DNA from: a virus
DNA length: 64,000 bases
Strand: one strand, 5' to 3'
IMG/VR virus record: IMGVR_UViG_3300044846_002605
Coordinates: 2,331-66,330 of that record
Shown here: positions 44,692 through 53,053 of the stretch, piece after piece
Numbering within the stretch: the stretch's first letter is position 1
How the letters are laid out: each line of letters begins with the position of its first letter
Notes under the pieces: generated by a model
The model's database searches: none
The model's input: only the letters and a program-made list of their open reading frames with translations
What the model was told of the DNA's origin: nothing
Made by a program: the position numbers and the translations under genes

Positions 44692-46272
44692 TTAAAGTAC
44701 TGCTGGTGTGTACGCAGTGTGACCGAAAGTTTGTAATGTTACTACACCACCAACCGCAGCTGCACCCAACCATGTTGCCATGAATGTTTCAAATGCTGTT
44801 GCTGTAGCAGCAGTAACATAGATGTTCAATGCATATTGATCATCATCATAAACACCGCTAGGGTTGTTATAACGAGGAACGCTGTGTTGAATTACATAAC
44901 GTGTGTACAATGCATTACGGTTAACCGCATTGAAGTACTGATTTCCTTGAGTAATCTCACGGATACGCGGATCATCAGAGAAATGATTTTGCAAGTATGA
45001 CTCATCAAGAATCACATCGCGCAATACAGTTTCACCATAACCTTGTCCTGCAAATCCTGCGTACTCTTTAGTAGCACAAAGAGCAGAGAAATCACATGGA
45101 TCACCAGTCAAATCTGTCAATGACAAGTTCATTTGAATAACTTCTTTCTCATAGAAATCAGAATTCTGGAATGAACAGTTACCAAATTTAGTTTCAACAT
45201 AAGCACCAATCAAACGGATACCAGCTAATGCGCCAGCAATATGTCCTGGAGATACATAAGTTGACCAAACGTTAGTTGCAGGGAAACCTGCAGCAACAGC
45301 TTCAGCAGCAGTAGCAAACAACGGAACACCTGTTTGAGTATAAACGATTGGACGAACAAAGTACTGTAACCATACATCATTTACGATTTGGTTAGCCCAG
45401 TCAATCATTACCAATGTAGAATCTACATTTCCTGGTACAATTGTACCTGTTGGACAACAACCTGTATAAGCTGCAAAAGTTTTGTACAAGTCATGGTTCA
45501 AGTAACGCAATACTGGTGAACCCCACAAGTCAATACGAAGATTGTATGTTTCTCCACACACAAAGTTGAATTTACATGGAGCAGATCCTGCAGCGTTATA
45601 TTTAATCGTTGCTACAGTAACCGTAGCCGCTGTACCTGCAACAAAAGGAATTGAACTTGGTAAACCTAATACATTACCAACTGTATAACCTTGACCAGGT
45701 TGTGTAATAGTTACAGCTGTAACAACACCACCCGCAACAACTACAGTTGCAAACGCACCAACACCTGAACCACCTGTAAGAGCAACGTTAGTGTAAGTAC
45801 CATTGGTATAACCTGTACCTGCAGTAAATGTTACTGTTGCAATTGAATCAGAGTTCCAGTTAGTGTTTCCTAAATGCCAAATTGATTGCTCTGGAGCAGC
45901 ACCTGTCATTTTAGAAAATTTGTGAACAAATCGCGGATTGATCATCTTTGACTTGTTAGACTCTTTGTATCCTCCGTGAAAAGGACCAATCTTATCATCA
46001 GTAAACAAAGATGCAGCAGCAAAAACCAATGGTTTTCCTGCAATAACTTCCGCAGATGCGTTGTTTACAGATAAGTAAGTGTTTGGATTAAAGAAACCAT
46101 AGGTTCCTACTCCTAATCCATTTGGTGCTACAGCATTTGCTAAAGCTGATGTTGGTACACCTGCGTCAAGCAAAAATCCGTTATTCACCGCATTCTGAGT
46201 ACCTGGTACTGCAGCCTGTGTTGCTTTGGTTCCCACAAATGATTTGCGGTAAGCATGATTAAAATAACTCAT
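44692..46272 (-). CDS. Abundant structural protein, probable auxiliary capsid (decoration) protein
   Basis: 526 aa; own upstream intergenic region and terminator; codon style similar to the MCP gene; position downstream of MCP and ring genes. Confidence 0.6.
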   Translation of the reverse strand: MSYFNHAYRKSFVGTKATQAAVPGTQNAVNNGFLLDAGVPTSALANAVAPNGLGVGTYGFFNPNTYLSVNNASAEVIAGKPLVFAAASLFTDDKIGPFHGGYKESNKSKMINPRFVHKFSKMTGAAPEQSIWHLGNTNWNSDSIATVTFTAGTGYTNGTYTNVALTGGSGVGAFATVVVAGGVVTAVTITQPGQGYTVGNVLGLPSSIPFVAGTAATVTVATIKYNAAGSAPCKFNFVCGETYNLRIDLWGSPVLRYLNHDLYKTFAAYTGCCPTGTIVPGNVDSTLVMIDWANQIVNDVWLQYFVRPIVYTQTGVPLFATAAEAVAAGFPATNVWSTYVSPGHIAGALAGIRLIGAYVETKFGNCSFQNSDFYEKEVIQMNLSLTDLTGDPCDFSALCATKEYAGFAGQGYGETVLRDVILDESYLQNHFSDDPRIREITQGNQYFNAVNRNALYTRYVIQHSVPRYNNPSGVYDDDQYALNIYVTAATATAFETFMATWLGAAAVGGVVTLQTFGHTAYTPAVL

Positions 46273-46347
46273 TTTTCTTTTTTTTAGTTAATAAACAATG
46301 TATTCAATATAGCAAAAATAATTCAATTATGCAACACTTGATGCAAA

Positions 46348-46827
46348 TTATTTTAAAAATAAAAGTTTGTACTTTGTTGCTGACAATAGTCTTTTTACAT
46401 TATCAAGCTCATTGCCAATTTCTGAAAAACACATGATGTCTTGTAGAGCACAAATCATATCATAGATTTCTCTGATGTAAACAATAGCTTCTTCTACAGA
46501 ATTAAGTGTTCTTGGACAACAATCTGTAAGAACCAAAATTCTTTCAGCTGCACCTTGATAAGCTTCCGTAATTGTATCTACTAAATCAGGCAATCCTTCA
46601 TAAAGTGGACCTAGTGCAACATGAATAGCGTGCGCACCTACACCATTTACTTTTAAATGCAACTTGTGAAAAGAAATAGTAGCATTCATTAATTCACAAA
46701 TACATGCCGTTGTTTCTTCAACGCAATGATCACCTGACGGCTTTGTATACGTTTGACTAGGTGTTGCTGGCCTTTGCATTGGTGCAGCCGCTGGTCTTTT
46801 TAATAGACCTCTTTGTGGTGAGTTCAT
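46348..46827 (-). CDS. Dps/ferritin-like four-helix protein
   Basis: HKLHLKVNG...HVALGPLYEGLPDLVDTITEAYQG parallels the Dps H-W-x-V-x-G...H...Y...D-x-x-x-E pattern. Confidence 0.65.
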   Translation of the reverse strand: MNSPQRGLLKRPAAAPMQRPATPSQTYTKPSGDHCVEETTACICELMNATISFHKLHLKVNGVGAHAIHVALGPLYEGLPDLVDTITEAYQGAAERILVLTDCCPRTLNSVEEAIVYIREIYDMICALQDIMCFSEIGNELDNVKRLLSATKYKLLFLK

Positions 46828-46833
46828 TTATTC

Positions 46834-47535
46834 TTAGTTATTAGTTTCTACTGAATTATCCGCAATTTGGTTTGCTGTAACATCTTCAAGATCTCCTGCT
46901 AGAATTTTTACACATTCATCAATAAATAGTTCTACAAGGTCATCTTTAAATTCACATTCAACATCTACAGTTGATATAATTCCTGTGTATGGATCGGATG
47001 TTCCTGGAATCTGTATCCTGCGTGGTTGTCTGTAATAAGTCAAAGTTGCTGACTCAATATCAAAATCATTGTTTGTATAAATCTTGATTCTATTTCCTAG
47101 GACTGTAGCAAAAGTTTCAGCCCATTCAAAACTTGGTTTTTTATTATGATCTCTCAAAAGTTCATCTACGTTTGCTTCTTCAGCAAGATACACAACCATT
47201 TGTCTTTTATCACAACAATCTTTGTTTGCTTTTGCAGAAATTCTTTTCCACTCAAAATAATCTGCAGGTAAAGCTGGGGATTGAAAATACAAATCTTTTT
47301 TAACCATTTGCAATGGCTTGTCTGAAAGAAGAACTTGTAAATCATCAATACGTCTTTTACTGGCTTCATCACCAGTCTTAGTCATATTTGTTCCCATCAA
47401 GTTTCTTCGGCACCATGCAACTTGACCTTTATTAAAAGCTTCAACAATCTGCCAAGGCATAATGTTGTCATAGTCATTACTAGCCAATTTATTAATTCGC
47501 TGTTTGACTTTTATTTGAATAGTGTCATTTGTCAT
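46834..47535 (-). CDS. Tail ring / head-tail connector protein
   Basis: 233 aa; INKLASN, RIDDLQVLL, LPADYF and LTYYRQP motifs typical of crAss-like ring proteins downstream of MCP. Confidence 0.65.
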   Translation of the reverse strand: MTNDTIQIKVKQRINKLASNDYDNIMPWQIVEAFNKGQVAWCRRNLMGTNMTKTGDEASKRRIDDLQVLLSDKPLQMVKKDLYFQSPALPADYFEWKRISAKANKDCCDKRQMVVYLAEEANVDELLRDHNKKPSFEWAETFATVLGNRIKIYTNNDFDIESATLTYYRQPRRIQIPGTSDPYTGIISTVDVECEFKDDLVELFIDECVKILAGDLEDVTANQIADNSVETNN

Positions 47536-47699
47536 TTCCCTTTAACTTTTTTAAGGTTTGGATTTTTGCGTTTAGCCGCAGGAGATGCTTTTCTTGAAGC
47601 AGATGCCAAAATAGCACCGGCAGCTTCCATTGACACACCTTGCTTTTTTGCTATACCTTTTTGGGCTGCTTTGAAACCCATTCCTTTTTTTATTGCCAT
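47532..47699 (-). CDS. Small basic protein (55 aa), not in the ORF track
   Basis: MAIKKGMGFKAAQKGIAKKQGVSMEAAGAILASASRKASPAAKRKNPNLKKVKGK; TGA overlaps the next ATG (ATGA). Confidence 0.75.
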   Translation of the reverse strand: MAIKKGMGFKAAQKGIAKKQGVSMEAAGAILASASRKASPAAKRKNPNLKKVKGK

Positions 47700-47710
47700 A
47701 ACCTATGTAA

Positions 47711-47983
47711 TTAACAGTTCCATTTTCTTAAAGCAAGAGCTTTTCTTGTAGGTCTTCCTTTTTCATCTTTCATTGGACCTTTAACACCAGACATTCTAGC
47801 ACAAAAAGATTTTCTTCTTTTTGCATCTTTGCTACCAGCTTTTAGTTTAGACGGCTTAGTCGTTACAGCAGTTTGTAACTTACTACCTGGATTTGCTCTT
47901 CTATAAGAAGCAACCCCTTTTGCATTTAATCCTCCTTTAGGATCTTTGCCTTCCTTGCGAGTCCAAGCTGGTGTTTTTGCCAT
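47711..47983 (-). CDS. Small basic protein (DUF6321-like)
   Basis: AWTRKEGKDPKGGLNAKG...RRKSFCARM...LRKWNC, a family I recall from aquatic phages; ATG at 47981-47983. Confidence 0.7.
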   Translation of the reverse strand: MAKTPAWTRKEGKDPKGGLNAKGVASYRRANPGSKLQTAVTTKPSKLKAGSKDAKRRKSFCARMSGVKGPMKDEKGRPTRKALALRKWNC

Positions 47984-48111
47984 CACTTTTTCTTTTTAGA
48001 ATCAGGCTTTTTCATATTGCGCCCTACAATCAGTCCTGCTTGAAAAGCTTTTTTAGTCTTTTCTCCGCACTCTGATTTTTTTGAGCTTGCGCTAGATACT
48101 TTTTTTGCCAT
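47983..48111 (-). CDS. Small basic protein (42 aa), not in the ORF track
   Basis: MAKKVSSASSKKSECGEKTKKAFQAGLIVGRNMKKPDSKKKK; TGATG coupling to the next gene. Confidence 0.7.
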   Translation of the reverse strand: MAKKVSSASSKKSECGEKTKKAFQAGLIVGRNMKKPDSKKKK

Positions 48112-48113
48112 GA

Positions 48114-48452
48114 TCATATATTTTTTACTCTTCTTCCCATACCTACTCTTGACTTTTCAGCTTTTTTAGCAGCTAGTTTAGAAGGAGAAATTTCACTTTT
48201 TGTTTTAGGAGTATCTCGCGATACCCTTTTGGTAGGCCGGCAGTATTCATTCTTACCACCGGCTCCGCAAGGTTTTCCTGTTCGGGTGTCTTGCCATTTT
48301 TCTGCTTGCCATCTTTTAAGTTTTGTACCTTCTGAAGTCTTTCTTACACTCCCAGATGCCTTACGGCATTTGGCAATAGCTTGAGAAGCCCTCGCTGAAG
48401 GAAACACATCGTACTGTGCTTTTACTTTTTTATAACAAGCATCTTTTGGCAT
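48114..48452 (-). CDS. Small basic protein (DUF5872-like)
   Basis: Start ATG 48450-48452 (MPKDACYKKVK); VFPSARAS...KCRK and LKRWQAEKW...YCRPTKRVS motifs. Confidence 0.65.
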   Translation of the reverse strand: MPKDACYKKVKAQYDVFPSARASQAIAKCRKASGSVRKTSEGTKLKRWQAEKWQDTRTGKPCGAGGKNEYCRPTKRVSRDTPKTKSEISPSKLAAKKAEKSRVGMGRRVKNI

Positions 48453-48453
48453 C

Positions 48454-48588
48454 TTAACAAGCTTTTTTACCCATTTTGCCACCCATGGCTTTTTTAGGCA
48501 TTGCTACCTTTCCACCCATTGATTTTTTCATTGATCCACCATTTTTCATAACTGGTTTCGCAGTTGCTTTTTTCATTGACGTTTTCAT
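48454..48588 (-). CDS. Small Lys/Met/Gly-rich protein (44 aa), not in the ORF track
   Basis: MKTSMKKATAKPVMKNGGSMKKSMGGKVAMPKKAMGGKMGKKAC; stop lies 1 bp before the next ATG. Confidence 0.7.
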   Translation of the reverse strand: MKTSMKKATAKPVMKNGGSMKKSMGGKVAMPKKAMGGKMGKKAC

Positions 48589-48606
48589 CTTATTTGAGTT
48601 TAAAAA

Positions 48607-49599
48607 TTACTTACTCCAAATATCTTCAACTTTAGCCATCAAAAGATCCAACATGTCTTCATTAGTTGGATTTTTCAAATACTCTAAGATGTCAGATACA
48701 TTTCTACCAAGCATCACATTTTGCGAAGCCTCATGCAACATGCCATCTGGTTTTGCAATAATGTATTTGTAGAAACTTGCATCTTTGATAATTGCTTTGA
48801 TTTTTAAATCTTCCACACTCATCTGTGAACTTTCAATAAACGTTGTTGCACAACGCTTCATATTATTGTCAAAACCTTTACCATTAATGTAGTTATCTAA
48901 ATTGCTATAAATAACTCCAGGTAATGTTTTGTTTGAATACTGAGCACTGTTTCCATCAATGTTCTTAGCAATGTAGAACAATTTTCTTGGGTTATCTTCA
49001 GACAACTGTTCCAATATTGCTCCGGCTTTGTTTTTCAACTTGCTAATACTCACACTTGTTGCTACAGTATCAATTAGTCTATCTAAATACCACTTTGCTT
49101 TTGTTCTCTTTGCCTCTTCAAAGTTTGAAGCAATTAATGAAAACCCTCCATTCTCAATAGCTTTAACAAGAATGAGATGGTCTAAATTTTCTTTTGGATC
49201 CAAAACAATGTCATCATTGCCTAATTTCAAATATACTTTTCCCCAGATTTCAGAATTGTCTGGTTTAAATAACTCAACTTTACTCCAGAAATCTTTATCT
49301 TCCGGATCTATTTGATTAAATGCTCTTTCTCTTTCAAGTAGAGCAACTGTTTCTCTGATGTCTTTAATTACAGCAGCTTTTTTCTCGGAGTCTTTAATTT
49401 GTTTCACCTCTGGTGCAAATTCATTAAGACCTGTCAAATAACGCATTTTGCCATTCTGTTCAACGGCAGCAAGAGTTTCTACTTGGAACGTATTAGGAAA
49501 AACAACATAGTTGTATTTTTCAAGTCCCATGTTCTCTTGGTTTGGATCTGTGAAAGGTTTAATAGTAACCTTCCCCATGTTTTCTAATCTTGTACTCAT
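48607..49599 (-). CDS. Conserved crAss-like head-module protein downstream of MCP, function unknown
   Basis: 330 aa; RYLTGL and FW...LD motifs; position matches the conserved gene following MCP. Confidence 0.55.
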   Translation of the reverse strand: MSTRLENMGKVTIKPFTDPNQENMGLEKYNYVVFPNTFQVETLAAVEQNGKMRYLTGLNEFAPEVKQIKDSEKKAAVIKDIRETVALLERERAFNQIDPEDKDFWSKVELFKPDNSEIWGKVYLKLGNDDIVLDPKENLDHLILVKAIENGGFSLIASNFEEAKRTKAKWYLDRLIDTVATSVSISKLKNKAGAILEQLSEDNPRKLFYIAKNIDGNSAQYSNKTLPGVIYSNLDNYINGKGFDNNMKRCATTFIESSQMSVEDLKIKAIIKDASFYKYIIAKPDGMLHEASQNVMLGRNVSDILEYLKNPTNEDMLDLLMAKVEDIWSK

Positions 49600-49636
49600 T
49601 TTTTGTTGGTTTATTATTTATGACTGACAAATATAA

Positions 49637-49670
49637 TAAAAAGAGGCAGTCTAGGATTCTGCCTCTTTTT
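49637..49670. terminator. Bidirectional-type Rho-independent terminator
   Basis: AAAAAGAGGCAG / CTGCCTCTTTTT inverted repeat with A/T runs on both sides. Confidence 0.75.
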
Positions 49671-49676
49671 ACCTTT

Positions 49677-49934
49677 CTAGGATAATGCTGCTATAAGAGC
49701 ATTCAATTTTGCTTCAATTGCATCTAGTCGTGCTTCAACTTCTACACGCAATCCATTAACGGTTGTTGCGGCTAAATCAGTTGATGCCGGTAAAGCACCT
49801 ACTGCTGCACAATCTGCTTTTACTAAACGAATTGCTTCATTTACATGAGCAATACGAGCTAAAGCTGCTTCAGAATAAGCTACTCTTTGCAATACTGGAT
49901 CTGGGCTTGCTACCCCTACTTTTACTTGTGGCAT
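49677..49934 (-). CDS. Small coiled-coil protein, possible head fibre
   Basis: 85 aa immediately after MCP; C-terminal LDAIEAKLNALIAAL resembles trimeric head-fibre coils. Confidence 0.5.
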   Translation of the reverse strand: MPQVKVGVASPDPVLQRVAYSEAALARIAHVNEAIRLVKADCAAVGALPASTDLAATTVNGLRVEVEARLDAIEAKLNALIAALS

Positions 49935-49944
49935 GGCTTTTAAT

Positions 49945-49975
49945 TTTAAAAGGGAGCCAAACTAATGACTCCCTT
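49945..49975 (-). terminator. Hairpin/terminator after the MCP gene
   Basis: Minus strand AAGGGAGTCA-TTAGTT-TGGCTCCCTT then TT. Confidence 0.6.
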
Positions 49976-49992
49976 ATGAATAAAATATGAGA

Positions 49993-51609
49993 TTACAATG
50001 ATCCTCCCGTAATTGGGTTTCTCATCACAATTTTCAAGACTTTAGTAGGATCTTCTACTTTGATTGCAGGCATTGCCTGAGTCATGTAGATTTGGTATCC
50101 ATTGAAGTTACCTGAAGAAGCAAATCCTTGAGTACGTCCCATATAGTCCATAGAACCATTTACATAACGCCATACAAGATCTTTGTTCCAAGCACACTTC
50201 AACAATTTAATGTTGTCTTGTCCGTTCTCAGTAATATCAAAGATGATAAATGAGTAAGAAGACAAACGGAAACCGTCAATGATTGGGTTTTCAATCTCGT
50301 TGTTTTGCAAGTTGTCAAATGCAGGGTTCAATACAAACTTCACATTTGCCAAGAAAGGAATTGTGTAGCTTGTGAAAGAGAATCCATAAGACAAGTCCAT
50401 TCCTGAACCTTTTACAGCTTCCAATTCTTTTGCGTTCATTACCAATCCTGATGCAAAAGCCTCACGCTTGATTGCTTCATTGATAATACGCATACCACCC
50501 ATACCTGTTTGAACAATCAATTCACGTTTTGGATCTGGTCCTTGGAAGTCAACTTTACCATTGTAGAAGTTGAAAATTTCAGAACGGAAGATGTCAAGAC
50601 GGAAATCAGATTTGTTGTAAACATGCTTGTAAGACAAGTCTAATTGTTTCCACAAACCAACTGACAAACGAAGATCATCTGGACCATCTTGCTTGATACG
50701 TCCACCTTTACCCCACATAAGGTAAGTTTCAATATCATAAGCAATTTTAGAAAGGTGAGCTGCTTCCAACTTAGTGATGAAAGAACGAACCAAGTTTCCA
50801 TTGTCCATTGCTTTTTTCACATAACCTTGTCCTTTAGCAGCAACCATTCCTTCCAATGTATTGATAGATGGATCCATTGACGTATCAAAGTTTTTCCAAA
50901 TCTCAGTTACAGGAATTGAACCGTCAGCATTCATACCACCTTTCTCCATCAATTTCACTTTAGATGAAATTGTATAGTGAACGTGTGCATCTGCATTACC
51001 AACATAGTTGTAGAACTCACGAGTTGTGTGAGTCATAGAAAGATCTGAGTAACGCTCACCATACTCACCACGCGCAGAACCTACACGGAAGAAGTAAGTG
51101 TTGTTAGTCAAGAAACGGTTATCAAAAGTTGCAGCTGAATCATTGTTCGGCATTTGAACTGTATAGATAAATCCGTCACCCATATCCAAGATGTCTTCAT
51201 CTGTGATATAAAGTTCTTTTCCATTGAATTTGTCATAAGTGATGATGTCACCATGTCCAAATACACGCTTGTTCAATTTGATTTTGAACGGAGTACCATC
51301 TACACCTTTTACAGTGTTAGTCGGATCAAGATCTTCCATAATGAAAGGAAGTTCTTCAGATACAGGTGTTGACCACTTGTATTCACCACGCGGGTGGTTT
51401 ACCTCAATAACATTCTTTCCGTTAAAAGAAGACATTTGATAAAGAGGCATTTCCAACTTTTTAACTTGAGCCCAAAGTTCAATTGGACCTAAGTCATCCG
51501 GTTGTGCATCCTTCATCAAATTCATCAAGTGGTAAGAATCCACATGAGAGCTTGCTGTGTAATAGTTGTCCCGAAGGAACATACCATTATTTAAAACTGG
51601 TGTACTCAT
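49993..51609 (-). CDS. Major capsid protein
   Basis: 538 aa after the portal and acidic scaffold-like genes; EYKW, LMWGKGG, GLWKQL, VQTGMGG, FVLNPAFD and IKVEDPTK motifs of crAss-like MCPs; strongly biased codon use. Confidence 0.85.
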   Translation of the reverse strand: MSTPVLNNGMFLRDNYYTASSHVDSYHLMNLMKDAQPDDLGPIELWAQVKKLEMPLYQMSSFNGKNVIEVNHPRGEYKWSTPVSEELPFIMEDLDPTNTVKGVDGTPFKIKLNKRVFGHGDIITYDKFNGKELYITDEDILDMGDGFIYTVQMPNNDSAATFDNRFLTNNTYFFRVGSARGEYGERYSDLSMTHTTREFYNYVGNADAHVHYTISSKVKLMEKGGMNADGSIPVTEIWKNFDTSMDPSINTLEGMVAAKGQGYVKKAMDNGNLVRSFITKLEAAHLSKIAYDIETYLMWGKGGRIKQDGPDDLRLSVGLWKQLDLSYKHVYNKSDFRLDIFRSEIFNFYNGKVDFQGPDPKRELIVQTGMGGMRIINEAIKREAFASGLVMNAKELEAVKGSGMDLSYGFSFTSYTIPFLANVKFVLNPAFDNLQNNEIENPIIDGFRLSSYSFIIFDITENGQDNIKLLKCAWNKDLVWRYVNGSMDYMGRTQGFASSGNFNGYQIYMTQAMPAIKVEDPTKVLKIVMRNPITGGSL

Positions 51610-51641
51610 TTGTATATTTATTTATTTGTTTACTTTTTCAA

Positions 51642-52925
51642 TTACCTAGAAAAAAGTGATCTACCTTGCCTTTTAATCGGCTCTCTTTTGTTAGACACTC
51701 TGCTAGGATTTGTGTTTTGTTCCCCGATTCCAGTTGATGACGCATTTCTTGAAGCCTCTTCTGTTCTTAAAGCTCTTACCGTGTTTGCATTTGCAACATT
51801 AGCACCAAGTTGTTTCACTGAGTTACGGTAATTAACCGGATCAGCAAGTAACCACAATGCTTCAGCTACCAATGACGGATTTGCTTTTTCCCCAAACTGA
51901 TGTTGCTCCAATAAGTATCCTAATGCATTTGTAGGATTACCTTTTGAATCTTGATACTTAGTAGCATCTGTAAGACCATAGTACAACATGGTTTGAACTT
52001 TGTTGTTCAACGGAATACCATTTAGGTTGTTGCTGTTTAAAGTATTGTAAACAACATCATGGTATTTCTTTTCCATGTCATTTTTGCGAGCTTGAGCTGC
52101 TTGTTGATCTTTTAATCTTTTTTCAATTACTTCAGCTTGTCTTGCATCCAATTTTGGTTTGTATCTCTCAGCATATTTTGCTAAATCACCGCGATCTTTA
52201 AGAACATTGATTTCATCTTCAATTTCTTCTATAGAACCAAATCCGGAAAGGTTTAAGTATTGTCTTGCAATACTTTCTTGGTCTTGCTCATTTGAAACAT
52301 CTAAATCAAAAGTTTCTTGTGCACGCGCTAATTGGCTAAATACTGATTTGATGTCTTGACCACCATTCAATGCATAGTGAATAACCGCTTGAACTTCTTC
52401 TGGTAATTGTTGAAACAATTGAACCGGTGCGTTCTGTGCAACTTCACTTGTTTGAGAATCAATATTTGCTTGAATTAATTCTTCAAAATCATCAACAGTG
52501 TAATCCGCCAAAGCTTTTCCATCATCAAATGGTTGAAGAACACCTTTGTCAATTAACCTTGTTGCAGCTTCAATCATTGCATCTTTGGTTAATTTAGGTC
52601 TTCCTCCTTTGTTTACTTGCGCTATATCATCTGCATCATCTTCTTCCTCATTGTTATTTAAGGGTTGATCAACAATTGCAGCTACCGCAGCTTTAGCAAT
52701 TTCTGGATCTTTTAATGATTCAGTATCATCATCACCAATTTCATCTAGGAACGATATGTCAACTTTATCTGATTTTAAAACTGAATTCTTAGATTCTGCA
52801 GGAGCAATAACTGAACTCGCTGATGGGATTCCAAGTAAATCATCCAAGTTATCAAAATCAACCTCGGCTACCGTTGTAGCAGAGCTTTGTGCAGCCGCTT
52901 GAGCTGCTTTTTCTTCTTCTGTCAT
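51642..52925 (-). CDS. Acidic helical protein between portal and MCP, probable scaffolding protein
   Basis: Very acidic N-terminus, coiled coil, basic C-terminal tail; canonical position. Confidence 0.65.
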   Translation of the reverse strand: MTEEEKAAQAAAQSSATTVAEVDFDNLDDLLGIPSASSVIAPAESKNSVLKSDKVDISFLDEIGDDDTESLKDPEIAKAAVAAIVDQPLNNNEEEDDADDIAQVNKGGRPKLTKDAMIEAATRLIDKGVLQPFDDGKALADYTVDDFEELIQANIDSQTSEVAQNAPVQLFQQLPEEVQAVIHYALNGGQDIKSVFSQLARAQETFDLDVSNEQDQESIARQYLNLSGFGSIEEIEDEINVLKDRGDLAKYAERYKPKLDARQAEVIEKRLKDQQAAQARKNDMEKKYHDVVYNTLNSNNLNGIPLNNKVQTMLYYGLTDATKYQDSKGNPTNALGYLLEQHQFGEKANPSLVAEALWLLADPVNYRNSVKQLGANVANANTVRALRTEEASRNASSTGIGEQNTNPSRVSNKREPIKRQGRSLFSR

Positions 52926-53053
52926 CTTTGTTGGTTTTAGTACTGACTGTAATTAATATAAGCAAATTTATTCAATTGTAAACATATATTGTTTAACTAT
53001 TTTTGGTTAGCTAAAAAGTTTTTTCCATACTATAGTTAAAACATGTAATATTC

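Noticed and set aside
51609-51619. Plus-strand copy of the late-promoter-like motif (TTTGTATATTT) at the MCP start
   Set aside because: Single copy in very AT-rich DNA, equally explained as the A-rich translation leader on the minus strand.
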